Positions 9,708 through 22,320 of a stretch of DNA of 64,000 nucleotides are shown piece by piece. Position numbers and translations under genes: made by a program. This DNA is from a bacterium (GTDB taxonomy: Bacteria; J088; JAWLBW01): positions 124,001-188,000 of the forward strand of contig JAWLHK010000005.1 in the NCBI GenBank assembly GCA_041690355.1. The letters are read 5' to 3'. The notes under the pieces were generated by a model. That model searched no databases. It was not told the origin of the DNA and saw only the letters and a program-made list of their open reading frames with translations. The first letter of the stretch is position 1; each line of letters starts with the position of its first letter.

Positions 9708-9745
9708 AAAAAGCGAAGGGGGACGGCGAATCGCCGTCCCCCTCG
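9708..9745 (-). terminator. Rho-independent terminator
   Basis: GGGGGACGGC-GATTC-GCCGTCCCCC followed by TTCGCTTTTT on the minus strand. Confidence 0.75.
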
Positions 9746-9749
9746 GAGA

Positions 9750-11627
9750 TTACATGTCTTTCAACGCGTCGACGATGAAGCCGCCGACGACGCCGTCACG
9801 CGAGAGCGCGCCGACGAAGGCGTTCAGCTCGATGAGGGTCGCCGGGCGGAAATCGGCATCGCTGGCGTCGAGCTGCGCGAGGCCTTCACCCACGTCGGCG
9901 TTGTCGCCCGCGAAGTTCTTGGCGAGCGAGCCGAGGTTCAGGTAGAGCAAGCCGTGCAGCGAGGCGTCCTGGAACGCGATGTAGGGCAGATAGCTCACGA
10001 AGCCGTCTTCGCCGATGATGTCGAGGCCGAAGTTGGTCGTCAGGTTGGTGACTTCGCTCGCGAAGTGCGGCGTGTCCATCTCGACCCAGCCATCAACGCA
10101 GGTGAGCTTGTCGCTGACAGGCAGCGGAATTTCGCCGGCCGTCGCGGCACACTCGAGCTCCATGACGAACTGGTTCTTGACGAGCAGGCACTCTTCTTTG
10201 CTGGTGCACGGCTCGGTCTGCCACGCGGGGAGCAGGTCGCGCACGTTGCCGGCGCGGCCCGAACCGTTGACCTGGAAGAAGGCGTAGGGGTCGAGCTCGA
10301 TCGTATCCCCCAGAATACTCTCGATCTGCGGCAGCAGGCCCCCCTTCGGCAGGCCGATGAAGCCCGAGGCCACCGAGTCGATGAGCGGGCCGAGGTCGAC
10401 GAGCAGGTTGATGCGCGGACGTTCGGCATACATCGAGGCGTAGTTTTCAAGCTGCGCCAGGTCGGTGGCGAGCAGTCCTTCGGGAGGCGACTGGATGTCG
10501 GCCCAGGTCAGGTTCACGCGAATCTTCTGGAGCAGGCAGGCCGTCTGTTCGCTCAGGAAGCGCAGGCCCGTCGTGTTGCCGAGCTCGGTGTCGAGGATGC
10601 GGAAGGGTTCGGGGCCTTCATCGGGATCGCGGCGCGGGTCGGCTTCCATCTGCGCTTCGAGATCGGTGCAGCGGTCGGCCAGCGGTTCGAGCGGCGGATC
10701 GTAACGGCCGTTGCCCTTCTTGGCACTGCCCTGGGCGCGATCGACATAGCCGAGGATGTCCCGCTCCATCGCATCGTGCGAGGTCGCCTTCGCGTCGTTC
10801 TCCCCTTCCTGGTCGTCGGTTTCGAGCGACGTCAGGTAGAGCGCGGTCTGAAAGAGCTTCACGGCCTCGCCCAGCTGCTTGCCCCCCTTGACGACCAGTT
10901 CGTTGCCCCCGTCTGCCTTCACGGAGAGGAAGTCGGGGTAGTTCGGGTCGTTCAGCACGTAGGTGACGACGCCGACGAGGTCAGAGAGATTGTCGGCGCC
11001 GGCGACGGCGAAGTAATCGTAGGCGCGCAGGATGTCGAGGTTGAGGTCGACGCTGTCGGCGATGTTGAGCACGCCGACGACGGCGCGAATCGGGGCGCCG
11101 AGCAGAAAGGCGTCACCGCGATCGAATTCACCCTTCAGGTCGAGGGTCGGCTCGTCGGAGTCGGTCAGGTAGATCGGCAGCGACTTGATGCGGAAGGTGA
11201 ACCCCGGGTCGGCCTGCACGAGAAAGAGGTCGCGGTCCATGGCTTCGAACTTGCCGCGCAGATCGTGAATCAGGTCGGTGATGAGCTGATTGACGAACTG
11301 GTTCTCTTCCTGCGACTTGGGGGCGAGGCCGCCGGTGAGCGACGTCACGAGCCGAATCGTGTCGGAGAAGCTGAGCAGCTGCGAGAGCACGACGCCGAAG
11401 CGCGCTTCGGAATTGAGCGGATCGTATTCTTCGAGCACGTGGCGGAAAGCCTCTTCGGCGTGCCCCCACTGGTTCTGGCCCAGGCGATCCTTGCCCTGGT
11501 TGATGAGGGTTCTGATATCCCGATCACGCGCCGAGAGCTCTTCTGTGTCGCTCGTGCAGCCGGCAGACATCAGAAAGGCGACGAGGGGCAGGGCTACGAG
11601 CGGCCTGGCAAGCTTACGCAGGAACAT
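9750..11627 (-). CDS. Large hypothetical lipoprotein with N-terminal TPR-like helices
   Basis: Lipobox MSAGC, strong host codon bias, no recognisable catalytic motif. Confidence 0.8.
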   Translation of the reverse strand: MFLRKLARPLVALPLVAFLMSAGCTSDTEELSARDRDIRTLINQGKDRLGQNQWGHAEEAFRHVLEEYDPLNSEARFGVVLSQLLSFSDTIRLVTSLTGGLAPKSQEENQFVNQLITDLIHDLRGKFEAMDRDLFLVQADPGFTFRIKSLPIYLTDSDEPTLDLKGEFDRGDAFLLGAPIRAVVGVLNIADSVDLNLDILRAYDYFAVAGADNLSDLVGVVTYVLNDPNYPDFLSVKADGGNELVVKGGKQLGEAVKLFQTALYLTSLETDDQEGENDAKATSHDAMERDILGYVDRAQGSAKKGNGRYDPPLEPLADRCTDLEAQMEADPRRDPDEGPEPFRILDTELGNTTGLRFLSEQTACLLQKIRVNLTWADIQSPPEGLLATDLAQLENYASMYAERPRINLLVDLGPLIDSVASGFIGLPKGGLLPQIESILGDTIELDPYAFFQVNGSGRAGNVRDLLPAWQTEPCTSKEECLLVKNQFVMELECAATAGEIPLPVSDKLTCVDGWVEMDTPHFASEVTNLTTNFGLDIIGEDGFVSYLPYIAFQDASLHGLLYLNLGSLAKNFAGDNADVGEGLAQLDASDADFRPATLIELNAFVGALSRDGVVGGFIVDALKDM

Positions 11628-11740
11628 ATCTACTGTCTCCGGGTACCCGAGTTTTGGCGTATAGATTAGTAGAGCGCCGGTAAAATGTCAAACTTCTCAG
11701 TAGCTTCTTCCCCTCGCGGGTGATTTGTCACACGAAGGGG

Positions 11741-12811
11741 TCAGTGAAGAATGCGCATCCCGAACGAAACGGCCAGCTCGGCGGGCACCCCCAGGTTGCC
11801 CCACGGCCCGTCGGGCGCGGGCGCCTCGAGGGGATAGTAACGGGCCGCGCCGTAGAGCACCACGGGGCGCGTGATCTGCGCGTCGAGCCCCGCTTCGACC
11901 CACGGACGCAGGGTGGTCGAGCGCTCGGTCAGGGCCTCGACGGTGCGCCCGCCGCTGCGGTAGGCATCCCGCCGGTAGGTGCGGAACACGGCGTCGCCGC
12001 CGAGGGCGAGCGGAAGGTCGAGGCCGCCGGCCACGCCGTCGAAGTGCAGGAGGGGCTGGCGGTAGCGGAAGAGGAGGCCGGTGCGCACTTCCGCATAATT
12101 GAGCTGCCTGACCCCGCCGGCAACGGTCGTCTGCGGGTGCAGTTCGCGGAAGGAAAAGCCAGCGCCGATCCCCAGACGCGGGTGAAAGGTGAATTCCTCT
12201 TCGAGGCCGACGCCGCGGAGGGGGCGGCTGACCTCGCGCGAGGGGGCGCCTTCAGGCTCGATGACGAGCGGCTCGGCCGGGTAGGACAGGCCGAGGTACT
12301 GCAGCGTGAACGCGAGCGGGCGGCGGTCGACCATGACCCGCAGGAGCCGGCCGTCTACGGCGACGGGAGCGACCTGCGTGTTCGCGGGATAGCCGCGCCC
12401 CGGGGGGAGGTATCCCAGTTCGACCGGGGTCCCCGGCACTTCTCCCGGATCTTCGCCGCTGTAGCTGCGGGCGATGTGCACCCGGTCATCGGTACCTGCG
12501 GTGGCCAGGGCGGGGAGCAGGCAGGTGCAGGAAAGCGGCATGAGCCCGGCAGACAGGGCATCGCGGGAAAACAGCCGGTTGGCCGGAACGACGGTGGTGA
12601 CCGCCGCGCGCCCCTCGCCCACCTCGACCGTGTGCATGGCGTAGGGTTCGTCTTCGATCACGACGACGGGGGTTTCGCCGACCAGACGGCCGTTGAAACG
12701 CACCGGCTCGCCCGGCGGGTCGGACGTGATGATCAGCGGATGCGCGCACGCCGTGCCGAGCGCTCCGGCAAGCAGACCGATCGCGACCCGGAACCCGGAG
12801 CCGAACGTCAT
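11741..12811 (-). CDS. PEGA-domain lipoprotein with beta-rich (outer-membrane barrel-like) C-terminus
   Basis: LGTAC lipobox, ITSDPPG..V.FNG..VGETP PEGA signature; ATG 12811 overlaps the upstream stop. Confidence 0.7.
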   Translation of the reverse strand: MTFGSGFRVAIGLLAGALGTACAHPLIITSDPPGEPVRFNGRLVGETPVVVIEDEPYAMHTVEVGEGRAAVTTVVPANRLFSRDALSAGLMPLSCTCLLPALATAGTDDRVHIARSYSGEDPGEVPGTPVELGYLPPGRGYPANTQVAPVAVDGRLLRVMVDRRPLAFTLQYLGLSYPAEPLVIEPEGAPSREVSRPLRGVGLEEEFTFHPRLGIGAGFSFRELHPQTTVAGGVRQLNYAEVRTGLLFRYRQPLLHFDGVAGGLDLPLALGGDAVFRTYRRDAYRSGGRTVEALTERSTTLRPWVEAGLDAQITRPVVLYGAARYYPLEAPAPDGPWGNLGVPAELAVSFGMRILH

Positions 12812-13359
12812 CCGGTCGCCCGCGGATAAAGATAGTCGTTCAGGATGCGCAGCGCGAAGAGCACGTCGACGGCGTCGCGCCCCGCCAGTACCGCCTCGGC
12901 CTGCAGCCGCTCGAGCGCGCCGCGAATGCGGTCGACGGTTTTCAACCGGTCGACGAGCAGTTCGAGCGTCTCGGGATCGACCGCCAGGCTCAGGCCGCCG
13001 GCCACCTCGCGCGCAACGGCCGCGAGAATCTCCGGCTCGGGGGTCAGGGAGACGACGCAGCCGCCGCCTGCCCTGAAGGCGTGAACGATCGCGCCGGCCT
13101 CGGGATCTTCGGCGTCGATGGCGGTTATCGTCGGCACCGGGGCCGTCGTCGCGACCGGCAGCGATACCGACGGCTCGATGCGCACATCGACGCCGGCTTC
13201 TGCGGCCAGGCTGCGGGCGTATGCGAGCAGGCGCCTCTTTCCGGCCCCGCGGGGACCGCAGACGAGCACGGCCCGGTACTCCGGATCGCCCCGGACGGCG
13301 GCCTCGATCGCCCGGACGGCGAGCGCGTTGGCGGGGGTGAAATAAAAGGCGGACGGCAT
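12808..13359 (-). CDS. Short DnaA/Hda-like AAA+ domain protein (degenerate)
   Basis: FYFTPANALAVRA..VLVCGPRGAGKRRLL resembles the DnaA/Hda N-terminus; DRIRGALERL resembles the sensor II region; alternative start 13365. Confidence 0.6.
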   Translation of the reverse strand: MPSAFYFTPANALAVRAIEAAVRGDPEYRAVLVCGPRGAGKRRLLAYARSLAAEAGVDVRIEPSVSLPVATTAPVPTITAIDAEDPEAGAIVHAFRAGGGCVVSLTPEPEILAAVAREVAGGLSLAVDPETLELLVDRLKTVDRIRGALERLQAEAVLAGRDAVDVLFALRILNDYLYPRATG

Positions 13360-13367
13360 CGCCATGG

Positions 13368-13396
13368 ATTGTGAGCGAGGCGACCGATCTTTGCAA
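13368..13396 (-). promoter_or_regulatory. Sigma70-type promoter for the Hda-like gene (probably leaderless)
   Basis: TTGCAA-N17-CACAAT, 8 nt before ATG 13359. Confidence 0.5.
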
Positions 13397-13500
13397 GTCC
13401 GGCGGGCGGGCAGGGGCGCGTTGACAACGGCGCAAGTGTATGTTTTAGTGTAGACTTTCCCGTCTCTAGGGGACGGTTCGCCGTCAGAAAAGGGAACCCC

Positions 13501-14838
13501 ATGGCCGTCGACACTCGAAAACTGAAGGATCAGGCGAATGAACTTGCCCTGAAGGGTAAGAACAAGGATGCCATCGCCCTGCTCGATCAGGTCATCAAGG
13601 CCGACAAGACCGACGTCAAGTCCATGGTCAAGCTGGGGGACCTTTACAAGAAGATGAGCCAGACCAAGGAGGCCGTCGCCGCCTACACGATGGCCGCGCG
13701 CCTCTACGCCGCGCAGGGATTTCTCGTGAACGCCATCAGCGTGAACAAGATGATCCTCGAGCTCGACCCCAACCATAAGGAAGTGCAGGAAGCGCTGGCC
13801 GATCTGTACGCCAAGCGCGAGCAGACGGCGGCCCCCGCCGGGGCCGGCGGGCAGGTCAAGGGGGCGAGCCTCGAACTGCTCGAACAGTTCCGCAAGAAGC
13901 CCAAGGATGCGCCCGCTGCAGCCCCCGCCGGCGCCGCAGCCCCGGCCGCGCCCGCCGCAGCCCCGGCCGAAGAAGAGGGCGAAGCCGAAGACATTCTCGC
14001 CTCGCTGCCGCAGATTCCGCTCTTTTCGCATCTGACGCGCGACGAGTTCATCAGCATCATCGATCAGCTGCAGATTCAGGTCTACGAGCCGAACGATCTG
14101 GTCATCAGCGAAGGCGACCACGGCGATTCGTTCTTCGTCATCAACCGCGGCACGGCGGCGGTGACCAAGAAAGACCCCAAGGGGAAGGAGATCGAGGTCG
14201 CCACGCTCAACGAGGGCAACTTCTTCGGCGAGTTCGCGTTTCTGGCCGATTCGGACCGGCGCGCCTCGGTGATCGCGAAGACCGAACTCGAGGTGCTCGA
14301 GTTCAGCCGTACCAAGCTCGACCAGCTCATCCGCAAGCACCCGCGCGTCAAGGAAGTGATGCTCGAGTTCTACCGCGAGCGGGTCATGAGCACCCTGCTC
14401 ACGATCAGCCCCCTTTTCCAGCCCTTCAACGAAGAGGAAAAGAACGACCTGATTCGCAAGTTCGTTTTCGCCGAGATGCCGCCCAAGGGGGTCATCATCC
14501 AGGAGAACACCGACGGCGACGGGCTCTACCTCATCATGAGCGGCGAGGTCGAAGTGACCAAGGCGGGGGCCGACGGAAAGCCGGTGCCCCTGGCCGTGCT
14601 GAAAGAGGGCGACTTCTTCGGCGAGATGTCGCTTCTGCTGCGCCAGAAGACGACCGCCACGGTAACCGCAAAGACGAAGGCTTCGCTGTTCAAGCTGCCG
14701 AAGCAGGTGTTCAACGAAGTCATCCTCACCCACCCGCAGATTCTGGAAGTGGTCGGCGAGTTCATCGAAGCCCGCCAGCAGTCGAACCAGAAGATGCTCG
14801 GCAACGCCGCCGGCGCCGCACAGGCCGGGATGGTCTGA
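13501..14838 (+). CDS. TPR plus tandem cyclic nucleotide-binding domain protein
   Basis: N-terminal TPR helices, Ala/Pro linker, two cNMP domains (EG..GD.F/LY.I..G, FFGE, RRASV/TTATV). Confidence 0.9.
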   Translation: MAVDTRKLKDQANELALKGKNKDAIALLDQVIKADKTDVKSMVKLGDLYKKMSQTKEAVAAYTMAARLYAAQGFLVNAISVNKMILELDPNHKEVQEALADLYAKREQTAAPAGAGGQVKGASLELLEQFRKKPKDAPAAAPAGAAAPAAPAAAPAEEEGEAEDILASLPQIPLFSHLTRDEFISIIDQLQIQVYEPNDLVISEGDHGDSFFVINRGTAAVTKKDPKGKEIEVATLNEGNFFGEFAFLADSDRRASVIAKTELEVLEFSRTKLDQLIRKHPRVKEVMLEFYRERVMSTLLTISPLFQPFNEEEKNDLIRKFVFAEMPPKGVIIQENTDGDGLYLIMSGEVEVTKAGADGKPVPLAVLKEGDFFGEMSLLLRQKTTATVTAKTKASLFKLPKQVFNEVILTHPQILEVVGEFIEARQQSNQKMLGNAAGAAQAGMV

Positions 14839-14902
14839 GCGCGGCGTTTGCCGCGCAATGGCAAATGGCAAGCGGATGCCAGAGGCAGCCAAGGGCTTTC
14901 GC

Positions 14903-14937
14903 CGACCGCCGACCAGCGACCAGCGACTGACGACTGT
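14903..14937 (+). repeat. Degenerate 7-mer tandem array (CGACYRN x5)
   Basis: cgaccgc cgaccag cgaccag cgactga cgactgt. Confidence 0.75.
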
Positions 14938-16187
14938 CAGGGGATGAGCAGGATGTCGACGCCGCGCTTGCCGACCTGACGCAGCTCGTACGTGCCGTCG
15001 GGAGTCTCCCAGCGCGATGCCCCTTCGGCGGCCTCGACCGGTTCTCCATACCGGCGCACGAGAGCCATGCGCACGGTGTCATGGAATTCGGCCCGATCGG
15101 CGCGCGAGTCCCAGACGGTCGACCAGAAGAGCCCCAGATCGTCGGCAGAACCCTCGCGGCGGTAGAGACGATACCGGTCGCCCCCCCAACCCGCCGCCGC
15201 CATGTCTGCCGCGAGCTTGCCGACCGGCGCCAGCAGCAGTGCCTGAACGCCGACTTCGCCCATCGTGTCTTCTTCGACCAGCTTCAGTCCGGCCATTTCG
15301 GGGATGTCGCCGGCGAGCTGCACGGCCACGGGCTGGTCTTCGCCGGCCCAGTATTTCTCGGGATGCAGCACCTGCTCTGACGACGCCGGCGGTTTCGTGT
15401 ACACCTGATCGAGGGCATCGGTGCCCCCCTGGTTGAAGACGAAGCCCGCAAAGCGCAGCCCGTCGATGTAGGAGAACAGGAGCACGCGGCGCACCGCTTC
15501 GGGCACCTTGTTCCACGACTCCATCATCTCTTCTTCGGGTCCGGTCGATGGCCGGAAGGCCGCCTTGCGCATCGGGCGGCGCAGCACGTAATTGACGCCG
15601 ACCAGCATGGCGTCGCCCTCGACGAACGCCTTGCGCGCCATCAGGGCGTCTGCGTTCTCTTCGACTGCTTCGAGATAGGTCTTGAGATCGAAATGCTGGT
15701 CGCCAAGGGCGTGGGTGAGTTCGTGCGCGAGCAGGAACTCACCGGCCAGGTCGCGCTGCAGAAAGACTTCGAGCGCGGCCATGGCGCCCGATGACGGGCT
15801 GTTGCCGTCGACCAGGCGCATGCGCTTGAGCTCGGGATCATAGTATCCGGCAATCTGCTCGGTAAGCATGTCGAGCATGAGCGCGCGCAGGCTCAAATCG
15901 CCCGGCATGAGCCCGAGCTTCTTGAAGAGCAGCTCCTGTGCTTCGAGCTTCTCGGGCTCGACCTCGGCCTCGAACTGCGCGAGCAGCTCGGTACGCAGTG
16001 CGTTGCGGTCGACCAGTTCGACCGGCAGCTCGCCCTTGAGGGGCAGATTGCGCTGGCGCGCAACCTCGCGCACGATGCGGTTGATGGCCGGCGTGTTCAG
16101 CTTCTCGTCCTGCACGAGGCGGAAGCTCGCGCAGGAGGCCAGCGAGGCGACCAGCGCCCCGGTCAGGAACGTCCGGCCCAGCGCCAT
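14937..16187 (-). CDS. Zincin-like metallopeptidase lipoprotein
   Basis: Lipobox LASC, GYYDP, AHELTHAL..QHF, EGDA third ligand, PASSEQVLHPEKY, AAAGWGGD. Confidence 0.85.
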   Translation of the reverse strand: MALGRTFLTGALVASLASCASFRLVQDEKLNTPAINRIVREVARQRNLPLKGELPVELVDRNALRTELLAQFEAEVEPEKLEAQELLFKKLGLMPGDLSLRALMLDMLTEQIAGYYDPELKRMRLVDGNSPSSGAMAALEVFLQRDLAGEFLLAHELTHALGDQHFDLKTYLEAVEENADALMARKAFVEGDAMLVGVNYVLRRPMRKAAFRPSTGPEEEMMESWNKVPEAVRRVLLFSYIDGLRFAGFVFNQGGTDALDQVYTKPPASSEQVLHPEKYWAGEDQPVAVQLAGDIPEMAGLKLVEEDTMGEVGVQALLLAPVGKLAADMAAAGWGGDRYRLYRREGSADDLGLFWSTVWDSRADRAEFHDTVRMALVRRYGEPVEAAEGASRWETPDGTYELRQVGKRGVDILLIP

Positions 16188-16561
16188 TTGCCGTCCTCGT
16201 ACTTCCACACGTGGGTCTGCTCTTCGGCCGGCGCGGCGGTCGGGTGTTCGCGATACTGCCCCTTGAAATATTGCACCTTGACCCGGGCGCTCGCCTTGAG
16301 GTAGTCGATGTCGGGCTCGTCGGGCGACATGCCGACGTTGTAGCGCCCCTCGCGAAAGCTGCCGACCAGCGACTCGAAGTCCTGCACGGCAGAGTCCACG
16401 ACGAATTTGCGGGCCGAGTCGAACTCACCCGTATTCATGTACTTGTTGAAATAGAAAACCGACGGGCCCATGCTCTTGCGCATCTGGGCGGCGTCGACGC
16501 GAGGCCGCTCGCAGGCCGAGAGCAGCACGGCGAGCACGAAAAGAAAAGAAAGGGTACGCAT
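16163..16561 (-). CDS. Small lipoprotein, possible NTF2/cystatin-like fold
   Basis: Lipobox LSAC; W-x-Y-x4-W C-terminus; overlaps the downstream peptidase gene by 25 bp. Confidence 0.75.
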   Translation of the reverse strand: MRTLSFLFVLAVLLSACERPRVDAAQMRKSMGPSVFYFNKYMNTGEFDSARKFVVDSAVQDFESLVGSFREGRYNVGMSPDEPDIDYLKASARVKVQYFKGQYREHPTAAPAEEQTHVWKYEDGKWRWAGRS

Positions 16562-16600
16562 GAGCCTCAGTATACCCCGACCGTGCCTGCGGCTTCCAAG

Positions 16601-17992
16601 TCAGGGGGCCACGAAAACGGGATTACTGTAAATCCACGGGTACTCGACGATGAGCCTGTCCGCGAATTCCCCCAGCTCCTCGGCCAGGTGGTGCGGGGTC
16701 ATGCGCACCTCAACCCGGTAGATGCCCGGCGCTGCGAGCGGAATGCGCAGGTCGTGGCTGCCGCGCGCGATCTCGGTGCGTTCGCCGCCGGCAATGCGGT
16801 AAACCACCGCGACGACGGCCGGCGGCGTGCGTTTCGGATTCAACCCGTAAACGCGGGGAACCGAGACGACCAGCGCATCGCCGACGGAGGCGTCGCCGCC
16901 CATTTCGACGGCGCCCTCTTTTCCCTCGGCATAGAAATCGAAGCCGGCCGGAACGCCCAGGGCTTCAAAGGCGACGAATCCGTGAAGCGACTCGATGGCC
17001 GCACGGGGGGCCGCGAGCGGCAGCGGTCCGGCGCCCTCACGAACGCGGATGCGGTTCGAGAAGAACGACATCATGCGCCGGTAGCTGTCGCCCCGCTCAC
17101 CGTCGCGCATTCTGTTGACGAAGACGTTCTCGTGCGCATCCGTCCCCGCGAGCCCGGCGACCTTGCGCACGGCGAGCATGCGCTCCCAGGCGCGGAGGGA
17201 GACATCGTTGGGCGCGAAGAAGGTGAGAAAGGCCAGATCGGGATGCGGGCCGTCCTCTCCAGGTTCCGCGAATTTGAGCATGTCAGCCAGATAGGCGATC
17301 CCGTCGAGGCCGAGGTGGTTTTCCCGGATGCGCGGGTCGACGTTCGCGTGCAGGTTGTAGATTTCCATGCCGGCGAGCGGCACCGTGGCGTACCAGCCGA
17401 ACTCCTTGCTCTCGGTATGCGGCAGAAAGAGCAGGGCGCCCTTCTCCCGCAGGCGCGCAATCGTCGTCGCGTCGGTGGCATCGTAAAGGGCGGCACGCAC
17501 GGCGGGATCGGGATCGGCGTGTTCGGCGAGCCCTCCGGGCATCAGGTTCGTGCTCTCGTAGCCCGCCTGGAGCAGCACGGCGCGCCCGTCGTCGCAGCGC
17601 AGGCGGTTGGCTACCGGTTTGCCATTCGTGACAACCAGCTCGTCCCCCTCGGCGTACAGCAGCGTCTCGGGGTACTCGTGATCTTCGTACCGGGCCGGAT
17701 GATCCGTGAGAAAGATGTAGTCCTGTGCGGTCGCGCAGATGCCGGCGCGCAGATTGGCGAGGCATTGCTCGTCGGTGAACTCGGGGCGCTCGTGCCCGTC
17801 GCAGGCGTCGTGCGACATCCACGAATGCAGGTGGACGATACCGCGATACTCGCGCCAGCCGCGCGGCGCCGGCAGGTCGGCCGTATCGACGGCCGTCCCG
17901 GGCGACCAGACAATCTCGCCGGGGGCGGGCTCCGGGTCGCGGGCGGTGCAGGCTGCGAGAGCAAGAGCAGGCAGGAAAATGGATCGGCGCAT
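16601..17992 (-). CDS. PHP-family metallohydrolase lipoprotein
   Basis: Lipobox LAAC, GIVHLHS..SHDA, LTDH, MEIYN, GTDAH. Confidence 0.8.
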   Translation of the reverse strand: MRRSIFLPALALAACTARDPEPAPGEIVWSPGTAVDTADLPAPRGWREYRGIVHLHSWMSHDACDGHERPEFTDEQCLANLRAGICATAQDYIFLTDHPARYEDHEYPETLLYAEGDELVVTNGKPVANRLRCDDGRAVLLQAGYESTNLMPGGLAEHADPDPAVRAALYDATDATTIARLREKGALLFLPHTESKEFGWYATVPLAGMEIYNLHANVDPRIRENHLGLDGIAYLADMLKFAEPGEDGPHPDLAFLTFFAPNDVSLRAWERMLAVRKVAGLAGTDAHENVFVNRMRDGERGDSYRRMMSFFSNRIRVREGAGPLPLAAPRAAIESLHGFVAFEALGVPAGFDFYAEGKEGAVEMGGDASVGDALVVSVPRVYGLNPKRTPPAVVAVVYRIAGGERTEIARGSHDLRIPLAAPGIYRVEVRMTPHHLAEELGEFADRLIVEYPWIYSNPVFVAP

Positions 17993-18032
17993 GCCCAACA
18001 TGCTAGCAAGGGTGCGCGTGCGAGGCCAAGGG

Positions 18033-18081
18033 CAGTCGTCAGTCGTCAGTCTTCAGTCGCTGGTCGCTGGGCGCTGGGGGG
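18033..18081 (-). repeat. Degenerate 7-mer array (GACTGA type, reverse orientation)
   Basis: cagtcgt cagtcgt cagtctt cagtcgc tggtcgc tgggcgc. Confidence 0.8.
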
Positions 18082-18136
18082 GAGTTCACTCGTAGCGGGT
18101 AGCTTGGCCTCAGAATCCATTCGTGCAAGCACATCC

Positions 18137-18263
18137 CCGTTCGTGTCGAGCCGACGGTGAGGGCAGCGCCTGAGGGACGGCGAGACAGGCACATGGAGTT
18201 CACGTGCGCCCCCTCGCTGTCGGCTTCCACTGCCGTTTCAACCCGTCAGCTCGGGACGAACGG
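18137..18263 (+). repeat. Hairpin element family A, full copy
   Basis: ccgttcgtgtcgagccgacgg...gacggcgag...ctcgctgtc...ccgtcagctcgggacgaacgg. Confidence 0.9.
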
Positions 18264-18265
18264 AT

Positions 18266-18293
18266 AATCGTCAACGGTGAATCGTAAATCGTT
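18266..18293 (-). repeat. Degenerate 7-mer array (ACGATTG type, reverse orientation)
   Basis: aatcgtc aacggtg aatcgta aatcgtt. Confidence 0.7.
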
Positions 18294-18363
18294 CCCGGCG
18301 TGACACACATGCGCCATGATGCGTGAGGTGCGATAATGAAGGTTTTCTCCCGTGAGGACCGAA

Positions 18364-22068
<3,705 letters not shown>

Positions 22069-22194
22069 CCGGCGACGGGTTCAAGGGCGTCCCCTGATCG
22101 GCCCTGGCCGGAGGGGGGGAGTGGGGGAGTGGGAGAGGGGGGGATGAAGCAAGGGCAACGACTCCGGGCATGCGCCCAGCGACCGGCCCCAAAC

Positions 22195-22243
22195 TCGTCC
22201 CGAGCCGACGGCGCCGACCAGCGGAAGGCGCAACGGCGAGGGA
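22195..22243 (-). repeat. Hairpin element family A, degenerate half copy
   Basis: tcgtcccgagccgacggcg...caacggcgaggg resembles the right half of the element in minus orientation. Confidence 0.55.
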
Positions 22244-22320
22244 GCGCACGTTGACGGCCGTACAGCGCCAGCGACCGATTTTGTTTGTCACCGGTTGTAG
22301 TTTTCTGTACCCTGTTGGGA

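Noticed and set aside
12808-13359. dnaA or a replication origin
   Set aside because: Far too short, no domain IV, and no DnaA-box cluster seen.
18033-18363. Cobalamin or SAM riboswitch upstream of metH
   Set aside because: No B12-box or SAM-I core motif is visible; the structure present is the dispersed family A repeat.
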